DNA from: an uncultured Nitrososphaerales archaeon | GTDB taxonomy: Archaea > Thermoproteota > Nitrososphaeria > Nitrososphaerales > Nitrososphaeraceae | Direction: 5' to 3' | DNA length: 64,000 bases | Assembly (NCBI GenBank): GCA_963713605.1 | Contig: CAVQMO010000012.1 | Location: 256,001-320,000, forward strand | Shown: positions 1 to 10,302 of the stretch, one piece after another | Numbering within the stretch: the first letter of the stretch is position 1 | Layout of the letters: every line of letters begins with the position of its first letter | Notes under the pieces: model-generated | The model's input: the letters and a program-made list of their open reading frames with translations, nothing else | What the model was told of the DNA's origin: nothing | Database searches by the model: none | Position numbers and translations under genes: made by a program

Positions 1-122
1 TACTCTTAAATAACTTACTTTTTTTAGACCTAGATTTAGCAGGAGAAGCAGCTATGCAGATAGTTTTTTAGATTTTGACTTTGAGTTTGACTTTATTTTT
101 GTCCTTACTACAGAAGCTGTCC

Positions 123-563
123 TTATCCTTTAAATGTCATTTTGAATTCGTACCATTTGTTTTGCAGCTGACTGACTTGAGATTTAATCTGTTTTATAGA
201 TTGGAATTGTGACTGGTCGATCCCTGCGCCTATTGGCTTGGTCTGTTTCTGTAAAGATTGAGTCAACGTTGTCAATTTATTGATCTGATTTCCATTCTTT
301 TCTACCAGCTTTGATATGTTTGACAGATATGAAGTTATTCGCCTCTTCTGTTTCCTTTTGCTTATACTAGATTCCTCTTGAACCCCTACTATTTCTCTAT
401 TCTGTTCTTGCATTTTTTCTTCTTGTGATTCTGAGACTGATATTTCTCCTATCGAATCCTGATAATCTGTTACATCAATTGAAGTAGGTCCTACTTCACT
501 TTCCTCTAACGGTTTACCCATCTCTTCAGTGGCTATAGGTCCTACTTCTTTCTCCTCAGACAT
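123..563 (-). CDS. Hypothetical protein with acidic N-terminus and coiled coil; 3' end probably frameshifted and continuing toward the window start
   Basis: 146-aa ORF with E-rich N-terminus and Q/K-rich heptad-like region; K-rich coding-like sequence continues below 123. Confidence 0.55.
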   Translation of the reverse strand: MSEEKEVGPIATEEMGKPLEESEVGPTSIDVTDYQDSIGEISVSESQEEKMQEQNREIVGVQEESSISKRKQKRRITSYLSNISKLVEKNGNQINKLTTLTQSLQKQTKPIGAGIDQSQFQSIKQIKSQVSQLQNKWYEFKMTFKG

Positions 564-758
564 ACTCTGTCCATTATCATTATCATATTTATCCTAGATA
601 TAAAATAGAGTGGGGATTTAGATAGTATCCAAATGGTATACACAATAATTGATGTTGAACTTCTGAGATTATAGTATTCAAAATCCAATAGAACGTTCAC
701 TACTTGTAAAATCTTAAGTAACACAGATACTATCTATTCTACGGTCGAATTAGAAAAT

Positions 759-1375
759 ATGAGTTCAGATGATATTGACCATATGACTGGTATAAGAGAT
801 TCTTTGGACGAGGCAGAGGGGGATTCTCTGAGGATATGTTTAGAGGATTTGATCAAATGAGGAGAGATATGGAACGGGAATTCGAAGATATTGAGAAAAC
901 AGTACCAAAAGATTTGGTGAAAGAATATGATACACCTCAAGGAGGTAAAGTAAGAGAAGTTGGACCATTAGTATATGGATATTCAATGACCGTTGGACCT
1001 GACGGCAAACCAAGGGTACAAGAATTTGGTAACGTAAAACCATCAAGAAGATTTGGATTTGAAGCTGGTACAAGCAGACCTGAAATTAGTGGTGAAATGG
1101 AACCATTAGCAGATGTATCTACAACTGATAAGGAAGTTAAGGTTGTGATAGAGATGCCAGGATTAAGTAAAGACAAAATTAAGGTAGACGCATATGAGGA
1201 CAAAGTCGAAGTCAAGAGTGATGATTCACAACGGAAATATCATAAAATTGTAGAAATACCACCAGAAACAAATATCGAAACAGCCAGATGTTCTTACAAT
1301 AATGGCATACTAGAAATAACATTTAACAAGAAAGAGCAGTCGAAAACTAAAGGAAAGACAATAAACATAGAATAA
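759..1375 (+). CDS. hsp20: Archaeal small heat-shock protein Hsp20
   Basis: GPLVYGYSMTVGPDGKPRVQEFGN and alpha-crystallin motifs EPLADV...EMPG...YNNGILEI. ORF track starts at 836, but ATG 759 (MSSDDID-YDWYKRFFG) joins with a 1-base correction. Confidence 0.92.
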
Positions 1376-1455
1376 CTGACCGTAGACGATTTGACATAGA
1401 ATGCTAGTAAAAAACAAGATACTTTAGATAGACGGTAGAAGGAAGTTAGATATTA

Positions 1456-2361
1456 ATGACTATAGACTCATGGCCCGAACTGCCGTTATCAGAGTGGAAA
1501 GACACCCTTGCTACTCTGCACATGTGGACCCAAATAATCGGCAAGATCCGGCTCAAACTCAGTCCGCTTGAGAATCATTGGTGGAATGTGCCTCTGTACG
1601 TTACATCTCGTGGCCTTACGACCTCAGCCATTCCCTACAATGATCGACTCTTTCAAATTAGCTTTGATTTCATCGATCACCTACTCGTTATAGAGACGAC
1701 AGACGGTTCCATCAAGACAATCGCTTTGCAACCGCGCTCAGTCGCTGAATTTTATCGAGAGACGATGGCCGCCCTAGAATCCCTTAAGGTGCCTGTAACC
1801 ATCTGGACTACACCAGTTGAGGTGCCAGATCGAACCCCATTCGAAGAAGATCAAAAACATGTGACCTATGATCCAGAATATGCACAGAGGTGCTGGCGGA
1901 TTCTGGTCCAGGCTAGCCGCGTTCTGACAAAGTTTCGTTCTCGGTTTATTGGGAAGGTGAGCCCAGTACATTTTTTCTGGGGAGCCTTCGATATGGCCGT
2001 CACCCGCTTTTCAGGACGTCCTGCACCTCTGCATCCAGGCGTACCAAACTGTGGCGTTTTTGTTATGCAGGAAGCCTATTCACATGAAGTGAGTAGTTGC
2101 GGATTCTGGCCTGGTGGTGGTCTGGTCGATGAACCATCATTCTACGCCTATGCCTATCCCGAGCCTCAGGGCTTCAAAGACTATCCCATCCAACCATCTG
2201 AGGCATTCTATCATACTGGGATAAGTGAGTTCTTGCTGCCCTATGATGTGGTTCGTTCCTCGAAATCGCATGATGAAGTCTTGCTGAATTTTCTGCAAGG
2301 CACGTATGAGGCAGCCGCGACGTGTGCCAACTGGGATCGACGAGCATTAGAGCGTCAATAA
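1456..2361 (+). CDS. DUF5996 family protein
   Basis: WPELP..W.DT..TLHMWTQIIGKIRL...NHWW, SPVHFFWGAFDMAVTRFSGR and EAYSHEVSSCGFWPG motifs; visibly higher GC than flanks. Confidence 0.85.
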   Translation: MTIDSWPELPLSEWKDTLATLHMWTQIIGKIRLKLSPLENHWWNVPLYVTSRGLTTSAIPYNDRLFQISFDFIDHLLVIETTDGSIKTIALQPRSVAEFYRETMAALESLKVPVTIWTTPVEVPDRTPFEEDQKHVTYDPEYAQRCWRILVQASRVLTKFRSRFIGKVSPVHFFWGAFDMAVTRFSGRPAPLHPGVPNCGVFVMQEAYSHEVSSCGFWPGGGLVDEPSFYAYAYPEPQGFKDYPIQPSEAFYHTGISEFLLPYDVVRSSKSHDEVLLNFLQGTYEAAATCANWDRRALERQ

Positions 2362-2958
2362 GTATTATATATCCAATGTATCACAGATTTAGAAGTGTTC
2401 CAGAACCTTCAAAATGTTAAATAGATGTTACCAAAATAAGGTATTTGATATACCATATATGAGGTAAATTTCTTGATGTAATGGAGGGCAAGAAGAGAAT
2501 AAAAGAAATAATTGGGATATGAGTACAGAAAAAGGATTAACTCTAGAATTGTTAAGCATTAAGATAACTCTTGAAACAAGATATCAAGAAGATAAGAAAC
2601 ATTATTACTTTTACCAATTCATGGTATATGCATGGTTTAGATAAGAGATAACGGCTATGGATGTAGATAGTGTGTTAATAATGACGAGTGCTTACCAGAG
2701 TATTGTTTTTATGAGATCTGCTACATTAAGGATTCGAAAATTATAGAATATTACAACGACGGTTCAGTTCACACTGCTAGATTAGGTCTAATGGAACTTC
2801 GCTCGAATATTGTTAGGATGTTTTTTAAGATGAATAGATCATATTGATTCCTACTAAATGAACGCCTGAAGTATACCTGAATGAAAGCTTGAAGTCGATT
2901 TCGGACTAGACTATCAAAATGCAGTACTATGATAAAATAAATCCTCCTGATAATATCA

Positions 2959-4038
2959 TCATACTTCACGAATAATCTGTGGTGAAGATGCCTTGAATAT
3001 AGCAAAGATACTATCATGTATCTGCAGCCCAAGCTCTGCTCTGGCTAATTCTGTGATCTTAGAGATAAGATGAAACCTGTCAGCTTCTAGATGTACGTCT
3101 ACTCCGCCACCGACTTCATCGTGATTGATAATATTTGTTACCTCAGCTTTAATCATGTTACGAGCACTTGTCCTTATCATTTCTCTTGAAAGAATTATGT
3201 CTTCAGGTTTTACAAGTATTCCTACTCTGCTTCCAATACCATATTGTCCAAGAATTTCAATCATATTTGACCCGGTACTGAAAGTAGTAATTCCAGGCTC
3301 TGATTTTACAACTTTTCCTTCTAAGTAATTAGCCTCATCAAACATGTCAGGAATAAATGGACATCTATTCTCATTTTGATCTAATAAAATGGATTCAATT
3401 CTATTGGTGCACTCAACTTTGCCGTCTTGCAATATTGCGACATAGTCTGCTAGTGCATAAACATCATCTTCAAAGTGAGTTACATAGATAGATGGGACAC
3501 CTCTTCCTATGAGAATCTGTCTAAGCTCTAATCTCAGGATTCGCTTTGTAGGCACGTCTAGGTGTGTAAGAGGTTCGTCCATAAGCATGATCTTTGGGTT
3601 TGTAACAAGCATTCTTGCCAGTGAAACTTTTTGCATCTCACCTCCGCTCAAACCCTGTGTATTTCTATCTATAATATGTAATATGTTGAGATCCTTGAGA
3701 AGCTTTCTAATCTCCAGATCATTTTCCTTCCTGGCTTTCTTTGAAAGTCCAAAGACAACATTTTCATATGAATTCACATTGGGAAATAGACTTGGGTTTT
3801 GAAATGTAATGCCTATCCTTCGAAGATGTATAGGTAGGTTGGTTATATCCAAACCGTCCAACAATATCGAACCAGAATCAGGTTTTAGCAATCCCGTAAT
3901 GAGATTTAGGATAGTTGACTTACCGCTACCTGTGGGTCCAATTATTACTAAAATTTTCGCGTTCTCTATCCTTAGATCTAATGGACCAAGTGTGAATCCA
4001 GGAAATTTCTTTACAATCCCAATAAGCTCAAGTGTCAA
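2959..4038 (-). CDS. wtpC: Tungstate/molybdate ABC transporter ATP-binding subunit with TOBE domains (WtpC/ModC-like)
   Basis: Walker A GPTGSGKS, signature LSGGE, Walker B LMDEP, C-terminal TSARN...ELGL...AIFKA TOBE pattern. Confidence 0.88.
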   Translation of the reverse strand: MTLELIGIVKKFPGFTLGPLDLRIENAKILVIIGPTGSGKSTILNLITGLLKPDSGSILLDGLDITNLPIHLRRIGITFQNPSLFPNVNSYENVVFGLSKKARKENDLEIRKLLKDLNILHIIDRNTQGLSGGEMQKVSLARMLVTNPKIMLMDEPLTHLDVPTKRILRLELRQILIGRGVPSIYVTHFEDDVYALADYVAILQDGKVECTNRIESILLDQNENRCPFIPDMFDEANYLEGKVVKSEPGITTFSTGSNMIEILGQYGIGSRVGILVKPEDIILSREMIRTSARNMIKAEVTNIINHDEVGGGVDVHLEADRFHLISKITELARAELGLQIHDSIFAIFKASSPQIIREV

Positions 4039-4062
4039 CGTGTGATAGTGTTAGAAATATTA

Positions 4063-4863
4063 TTACCGGTCAAGCTTTATTATTTCATATCCTTTATTCT
4101 TCCGGGTAACATAGAAGACAACCATAACCAATATTGGTAAAGTTATAACCAGAAGGATGCCAGGAACAGCCTGAGTTAAGCCTCCAATTGCATTATCTTC
4201 AAAGATTTGGATAGAGATGGTATGTGGGTTATATGTCATCATTATAGTTGCCCCGAGCTCTCCAACTGCTCTGACCCATGACATCATTACACCTACTATT
4301 ATTCCAGTCTTTGCTAATGGAAGTGACACTCTAAAGAAGGTCTGCAGATTATTCTTTCCAAGTACTCTTGCAATATTCTCATAAGTTTTATCAATTGATT
4401 CAAATGCTGCTTGGCTTACAAGAATCATAAATGGGGATGCAACATATGTTTGAGCTATTATAACTCCAAGTATAGATTGTGTAAATTCAACTTGTGGGAA
4501 GGCTTGTATAATAGGAGAAGTCGGACCGAACATTCCTAGAAGAAGGGCTCCGCTTGCAAGTGGAGGCAGAACCAATGGAATAATAATAATAACTCTAAGT
4601 ATGAACTTACCCCGAAAATTAGAATATCTTGCCAAGAGATAAGCGAGTGGAATTCCAAAGAAAGACAGAATGGCTGTGGAAATAGTTGCTGTAATTAAGC
4701 TTAGTATGAAAGCATCCCAAACCCGTGGACGTGTCAGCGATTCCATAATACTCAACGGATCTAGAAAGGTTAGGATTGTAGTAAGGGGAAATAGAATGTA
4801 GGCTAGCGTTATTACGGATAAAACCAGTATTATGACGTTAAAACCTTGGTGTTTTATTTCCAT
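4063..4863 (-). CDS. wtpB: Tungstate/molybdate ABC transporter permease (WtpB/ModB-like)
   Basis: Multiple TM segments, PLVLPP, EAA-like loop ENIARVLG, RAVGELGATIM. Confidence 0.88.
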   Translation of the reverse strand: MEIKHQGFNVIILVLSVITLAYILFPLTTILTFLDPLSIMESLTRPRVWDAFILSLITATISTAILSFFGIPLAYLLARYSNFRGKFILRVIIIIPLVLPPLASGALLLGMFGPTSPIIQAFPQVEFTQSILGVIIAQTYVASPFMILVSQAAFESIDKTYENIARVLGKNNLQTFFRVSLPLAKTGIIVGVMMSWVRAVGELGATIMMTYNPHTISIQIFEDNAIGGLTQAVPGILLVITLPILVMVVFYVTRKNKGYEIIKLDR

Positions 4864-4938
4864 TGTAGCATCTCATCTCACTCCTGACCACACACTTTTG
4901 ACGTTATGTAGCCTATTCCTTTCAGTTGTGATCTTGTG

Positions 4939-6038
4939 TTATTTTCTGCGACTGAGTGCTCCTGCTGCTGCCATCCATTCCTTTTCTTTTTGTTCTAGTA
5001 CATCCCTTATAACTGAAGGAACCTTTTCCATGTTACCTTCGGTAACAGGGTTAATAAAGTTCAACCCTTGTTCTTCTAGAATACTTTCTCCATTAGGTGA
5101 CAAGATAAATGTGCCAAAAGATATAGCACCATCTAAATTTTTGACCGTATTGGGTATTGTAAATGAGAAGTATATTGGTTCTCCAAAGACTGTTTAACCC
5201 TCACCATTTTGTAAAGTGTATGAGGCTGTCTTGTAGAGATTAGAAAATGTAGGATCAGCTAGATTGATCTCTGGCGGTGGTGTAATATATGGAAGCCCTC
5301 TAGCCACCGTCTCGTGTTTATACGCTGCCACTGCGTCCAGTTGACCTTGTTCCAGAATTGTTTTGAGTGTTTCTTCTGGGAAGATCTGTGTTGGATTTCG
5401 ATCATCTCCTAATGTTATTTGTGTTATTCCTGTGTCGTTATAATATGAGTTGGAAAGCTCTGCAGTTATGATCATATAATATCCCTTTGGATCAAGCTCA
5501 GGATCCGTTCTTCCAAACTTGAGATCTGGATTAGATAGAACCTCATACCACGGAATTTCTCCTGTACGAGCTTTCTCTAGGTCATTAAAGAAACGGCTGT
5601 GGGGTGAGTAAGCTATTACCATCTCTGCAGAGCCGAACTTCACTAGCCAATTAACAAGAGGATTAGTAGCATTCATTAGCTTTACTACTGGAATAGTACC
5701 TGCACTCACAAAAATATCAGGTCTGCTTAATCCATCAAGTATCATATTTGTTATTTGTACCAATCCACGAGCTTCTCCTTGATATGGGTATCCACTGTCG
5801 GCTTGAAATGCTGCCCTATACTTTCTTCAAAAGTCTTCAGGAGAGAAGCTGCGTACATGACGGAGACCGGATCTCCTTGTTGAATAGGAGAGGTCTGACT
5901 GTTATTCGATGTCGTTGCGTTGACAATCCAGCCATTCGATGAAGTGTAAAATACTGCAAGAGTAATAAATGTCAGTATAAGGATAACAGATACTAGTCTA
6001 GTAGTATTAGCAGTTCCACCGCTTTTAATATTTTTCAA
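4939..6038 (-). CDS. wtpA: Tungstate/molybdate-binding protein (WtpA-like), split by two frameshifts
   Basis: Fragments 5751-6038 (TM anchor, YAASL), 5194-5763 (PDIFVSA, FGRTDPELDPKGY) and a C-terminal frame VFGEPIYFSFTIPNT ending at 4939. Confidence 0.85.
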
Positions 6039-6442
6039 CTAGGAATGTAGTTATTAGTCTTCCTAACAAAAAGTGAAAGCTAGCCAACGGTTATCTTCAA
6101 GGAATTGTTTCTTATTAAACCTGTATACTAGAAGGCTAGATTTAAGAATCGGCTCTGATGCTTCCAAAATCTTATTGTGCAAGGTGGTCCATCACGATTT
6201 GTTTCAATGGTTGTGCTTTGCCACATAGTATGTCCAACTACAAGGATCATGATAATTGCAATCAGGATTGCCGTTATTATTGGTACTATGTTAGGTGCCA
6301 TATATTCATAGAACAAATTGAGAAAGCTCAACACGCGAAGTAATCTAATGATCTCTAAGCTATTCTATTGTAAAATAACAAATAGAGAATGAATTGATAC
6401 CCTATAAAGGTTATATAGTTAATCAGTCACCTTTTATCTCGC

Positions 6443-7558
6443 ATGTATTTTATTCCTCTCAAGAGATCTCTTGCTTTTATGATTCTGAGTATCACTTTGA
6501 GTATTACTTTATCTGCACATACGCCGTTTGTAGGTGGGAACCATGCGATTCATGCAACTGTCGTCACGGCTACAACGAATAATCAAGCAATTTCTAATGC
6601 GAATGCTAATGTAACTGCCACAAGCGCCATTATCTCTGATTTATTTTAACAAGGTTAAAGATTCAGTTGTTGAGATAGTCACTGTAGGTAATGTAATTAA
6701 TCCAAAAATTACTATCGATGGGGCTCCTCTGGTATACGGTGGTGGTGGTTCTGGCTCTGGCTTTGTCTATGACATAAATGGGAATATAGCTACAAACTAT
6801 CACGTGACGCAGGGAGCAGATGTTATTTATGTCAGGTTCTCTAGCGGTAATAGCTACTCAGCAACAATAATTGGTGAAGATCCATATTCTGATCTAGCCG
6901 TAATACAGGTTGACTCATCTGCATTATTCAGAGAAAATCTAAAACCATTGCGTATTGAAAATTCATCAGACGTACATGTTGGACAACAAGTGTTTGCAAT
7001 TGGTAGCCCACGAGGCCTCACCCTTTCCGTAAGCGAAGGCATAATTAGCCAGATCAATAGAATAGACCTAAATATAATAACTGGTAGGTTTTGGACAGGG
7101 GGGCTCATTCAGACAGATGCAGCCATAAATCCTGGTAATTCAGGTGGGCCTCTCTTAAATCTAGAGGGTGATGTTATTGGAGTGAACGAATACGGTTTAG
7201 TCGACATAGCAACTGGAGCATCCGAACAAGGATTAAACTTTGCCATAGGGCCTACCACAATTCAAAGAGTAGGACCCTAAACTGATTTCACAGGGTACAT
7301 ATGAGCATCCATGGCTTGGCATAGAAGTTGCAGATGTTACTCCACTGTTTGCAGACTCACTTGGTTTATCGGAAGCTGAGAGGAATATTTATAAAAAGTG
7401 TAACTCCAGAAGGTCATGCAGTGAAAGCTGGTATAACTCCATTTAATATTATCTTTTCAGTTGACGGTAACGTTGTGAAAGACGAATCAGAGCTTATTGA
7501 TTATATAGAAAACAGTAAACTACCTGGTGATGAAATATCTTTGAATATAATTACATAG
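6443..7558 (+). CDS. HtrA/DegP-like serine protease with PDZ domain, frameshifted
   Basis: Signal peptide, GSGFVYD..G.IATNYHV, DLAVI, IQTDAAINPGNSGGPL, PDZ-like C-terminus spread over at least 3 frames. Confidence 0.88.
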
Positions 7559-7664
7559 AAGTGATATTACTTCAGTTCTAGAACAGAGGGAGGAGCCTTT
7601 CTAATATTCGTTTGACTCAGTTGTTGGTAACAACATGATACACGAATACTTATATCATAATATC

Positions 7665-7691
7665 ATAAGCACATAAATAATATGTGCTTAT
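7665..7691. repeat. Perfect 11-bp inverted repeat upstream of the integrase
   Basis: ATAAGCACATA-aataa-TATGTGCTTAT. Confidence 0.8.
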
Positions 7692-7722
7692 ATGTAACTG
7701 GCTATCGTAAATCGTATGGATA

Positions 7723-8724
7723 TTGCTTATGCTTATGAAAATAGTTCTCTTTGATAGAAAAATCGAAAATGCCACTTCAGGCCTAGAACCAGCGTATAAG
7801 AAAATTCTTCAAAGGATATCAAAAAAGAATGCTGCAATCATAGCTGACTATATTACTACGATGGAAACGGAGATCAATCCTTCAAATCATTACAAGAAAC
7901 ATGTAATTATACTTTTGTGCAAATTTTCTTAACATAATAACGATAAGCCATTTGAACAGATAACAAGACAAGATGTGATAGCGTATCTAGACAGTTTTAG
8001 AAAACCTGAAACAGTTGATCCCTTACACAAATGGATTGGCACTTACAATTTGTATGGGATCTATTTTCTACGTTTCTTTAAATGGTTGTATTATCCTGAC
8101 GTTGAACCGAACAAAAGAGTAAGACCATCGGTAGTAGAAAACATCCCGCAGTTAAAAAGAAAAGAACAATCCATATACAAACCATCAGATCTCTGGTCGC
8201 AAGAAGATGATCTTCTATTTTTGGGATATTGTCCATCTAAGAGAATAAAATGTTATCATGCTATGTCTAGAGACACTGGCTGTAGACCACACGAATTGTT
8301 AAAGTTAAGAATTAAGGACATCGTATTCAAGATCTTAGGAGATAAACAATATGCAGAGGTTCTACTAACAGGCAAGACAGGTTCCAGACATATACCGCTT
8401 ATAGATTCTCTGCCTTACATTAAGGACTATTTAGACCATGAACACCCGCAACCAACCAATTTTGATGTGCCGCTAATTGCTGGAACAAGAAAGGGTCTGG
8501 GAAGACCGATAGGTGTTAGCCATCTTCATAAGATCTATGACAACTATAAGAAAGATCTATTTCCCAAACTGCTTCAGAATCCTGTTAGTGTTCCGACAGC
8601 AGATAAGCTAAGAATTAGAGATTTATTAAGAAAGCCGTGGAATCCCTACATCCAAAGCGCATTAAGCGCGTGGAATACACTACGTATGGTAAACCTCGTA
8701 AGAGTTGCCGCCATTTACCATTAG
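7723..8724 (+). pseudogene. Tyrosine recombinase/integrase, interrupted and C-terminally truncated
   Basis: SAM-like N-terminal part; box I DTGCRPHELLKLRIKD; GKTGSRHIPL; recognisable sequence stops at KPWNPYI with no box II or catalytic Tyr region. Confidence 0.85.
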
Positions 8725-8759
8725 TTCTGAGAGCACGCCTTATTTAACTTGATACGCGG

Positions 8760-9935
8760 TTATTTTGCAAACTTCTGATAAACTGTCTTAGTGCATATGC
8801 TGCTTTCTCCTACCCCTTTGATAGATTTCTTTTCTCCTTGATATGAGATGAGGATCACTTCTAAACTGTTTATTTTTGCTGCTGTATCAAATTCTGAGGG
8901 TTTGATTTCCTCAATGTTGTATCTGTCATCAAGTAACTTCTCAAATTCAGATAGAATTGTACAGATAGAGTCTTTTACTCTTGTAATATAATAGCATTTA
9001 TTACATTGCTTACCACAATAACCATGAATAGTCATTGCTGGCACATTATACTCGTGCTTGCATACTTCTTGTTCTTTCCATTTCTTATGCATATATTTCA
9101 GATGTTCTTTAAATGATGACAGCTCATTGGATAATCTCTTGTCTATTTTTTCAAGTTCATAGGCCATTAACGGATATATATGAACAAAAGATCGCCTTAA
9201 TTCATTGATTGTATCTTTTTCGAGAATATAGCGAGGCCTTTTTTCCAAATATTTTATCTTATCTTCATAAGTGAGAGGATAGTCACCAACACTCTTGTAG
9301 ACCGAGTCTTTAAAAACAGACATTGCATATGGTATTATCGTCAATACAGCTTTACGAACCATTTCCTCAAGTAAGAAATCAGTTGATCTATTTGATGTTA
9401 ATTTAATTCTATTAACGTCCATAATCTGAATAAGAAAGTATGTTATGAAAGCACCAACCTTATTAGAAAATTCGAACAGGCTACGTTCTAGTTCGCTGCT
9501 TTCATCAAATTTAGGCTCGAAATAGCGTCTATAAATGGTAAAGTCTTTGCAATGAGATGGAAAAGGAATTATATATTCGACTTTTCTGTCAGTTGTAACT
9601 ATAAGATCTTTTGTTAAAATATTTTTTCTAAAGTTATTTCCAAAAAGATAGGCATTTAATAATTGATCTTTGTATGCTTCTTCTGTAGGAAAATACTTAT
9701 CTTGTAGGCCTTTGCCTTTTTTAACCAACCCTTCCTTTATTAACTCTTTTATATATGGCCTTAAATTCTTTGGATCAAGATCTATCTCATTAGATAGTTG
9801 ATCATGTGATATGCCACCTCTCATGCCGTAGATTCTTATGATTTCTAGAATTGTATTCTTCTTTTCATGTCTGTACTCGTCAAGATAATTTTTCTTGTTT
9901 CTATATTCAATCCGATTCCAATCTGTATGTCGCAT
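8760..9935 (-). CDS. N-terminal winged-helix protein with putative C-terminal Zn-binding motif
   Basis: GISHDQLSNEIDLDPKNLRPYIKELIKEGLVKKG wHTH pattern; CKH...CNKC near the C-terminus; ATG at 9935 (MRHTDW) preferred over the ORF-track start at 9968. Confidence 0.65.
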   Translation of the reverse strand: MRHTDWNRIEYRNKKNYLDEYRHEKKNTILEIIRIYGMRGGISHDQLSNEIDLDPKNLRPYIKELIKEGLVKKGKGLQDKYFPTEEAYKDQLLNAYLFGNNFRKNILTKDLIVTTDRKVEYIIPFPSHCKDFTIYRRYFEPKFDESSELERSLFEFSNKVGAFITYFLIQIMDVNRIKLTSNRSTDFLLEEMVRKAVLTIIPYAMSVFKDSVYKSVGDYPLTYEDKIKYLEKRPRYILEKDTINELRRSFVHIYPLMAYELEKIDKRLSNELSSFKEHLKYMHKKWKEQEVCKHEYNVPAMTIHGYCGKQCNKCYYITRVKDSICTILSEFEKLLDDRYNIEEIKPSEFDTAAKINSLEVILISYQGEKKSIKGVGESSICTKTVYQKFAK

Positions 9936-9944
9936 CAGAGTACG

Positions 9945-9974
9945 CCCGAATGATTCGGGTGGTATCACCCGAAT
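9945..9974. promoter_or_regulatory. Three alternating copies of CCCGAAT (overlapping inverted repeats) between divergent genes
   Basis: CCCGAAT-g-ATTCGGG-tggtatca-CCCGAAT. Confidence 0.6.
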
Positions 9975-10004
9975 TTATAGTCTACTAATACATGACTTAC
10001 CATT

Positions 10005-10169
10005 ATGTCACGTGAATATGAGATTAGAACCGTTCAGGCATTAACAGGAGAAAGAAGTCTGACTCTAGTTCTACCAAAACAATATGCAATAGGCTTAGGA
10101 TTAAAGAAGGGCGATTTCGTGAAGGTTCGTCTACAGAATGACTCTATCGTTATAATGAAGGCAGGATGA
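10005..10169 (+). CDS. AbrB/MazE/SpoVT family DNA-binding protein (54 aa; below the ORF-track cutoff)
   Basis: Manual translation MSREYEIRTVQALTGERSLTLVLPKQYAIGLGLKKGDFVKVRLQNDSIVIMKAG has the swapped-hairpin pattern S..L.LPK......GL..GD.V. Confidence 0.85.
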   Translation: MSREYEIRTVQALTGERSLTLVLPKQYAIGLGLKKGDFVKVRLQNDSIVIMKAG

Positions 10170-10302
10170 ATGCACTTGGAAAAAAAGAACTACGATATAC
10201 AATTCACATTACTTAATCATAATATAGGACAAGCGTATTTCTCGCCAATATTCAATGACACTTCAGTGACAGTGACAGGTTACCCTAGTATCTACGTTAA
10301 AA

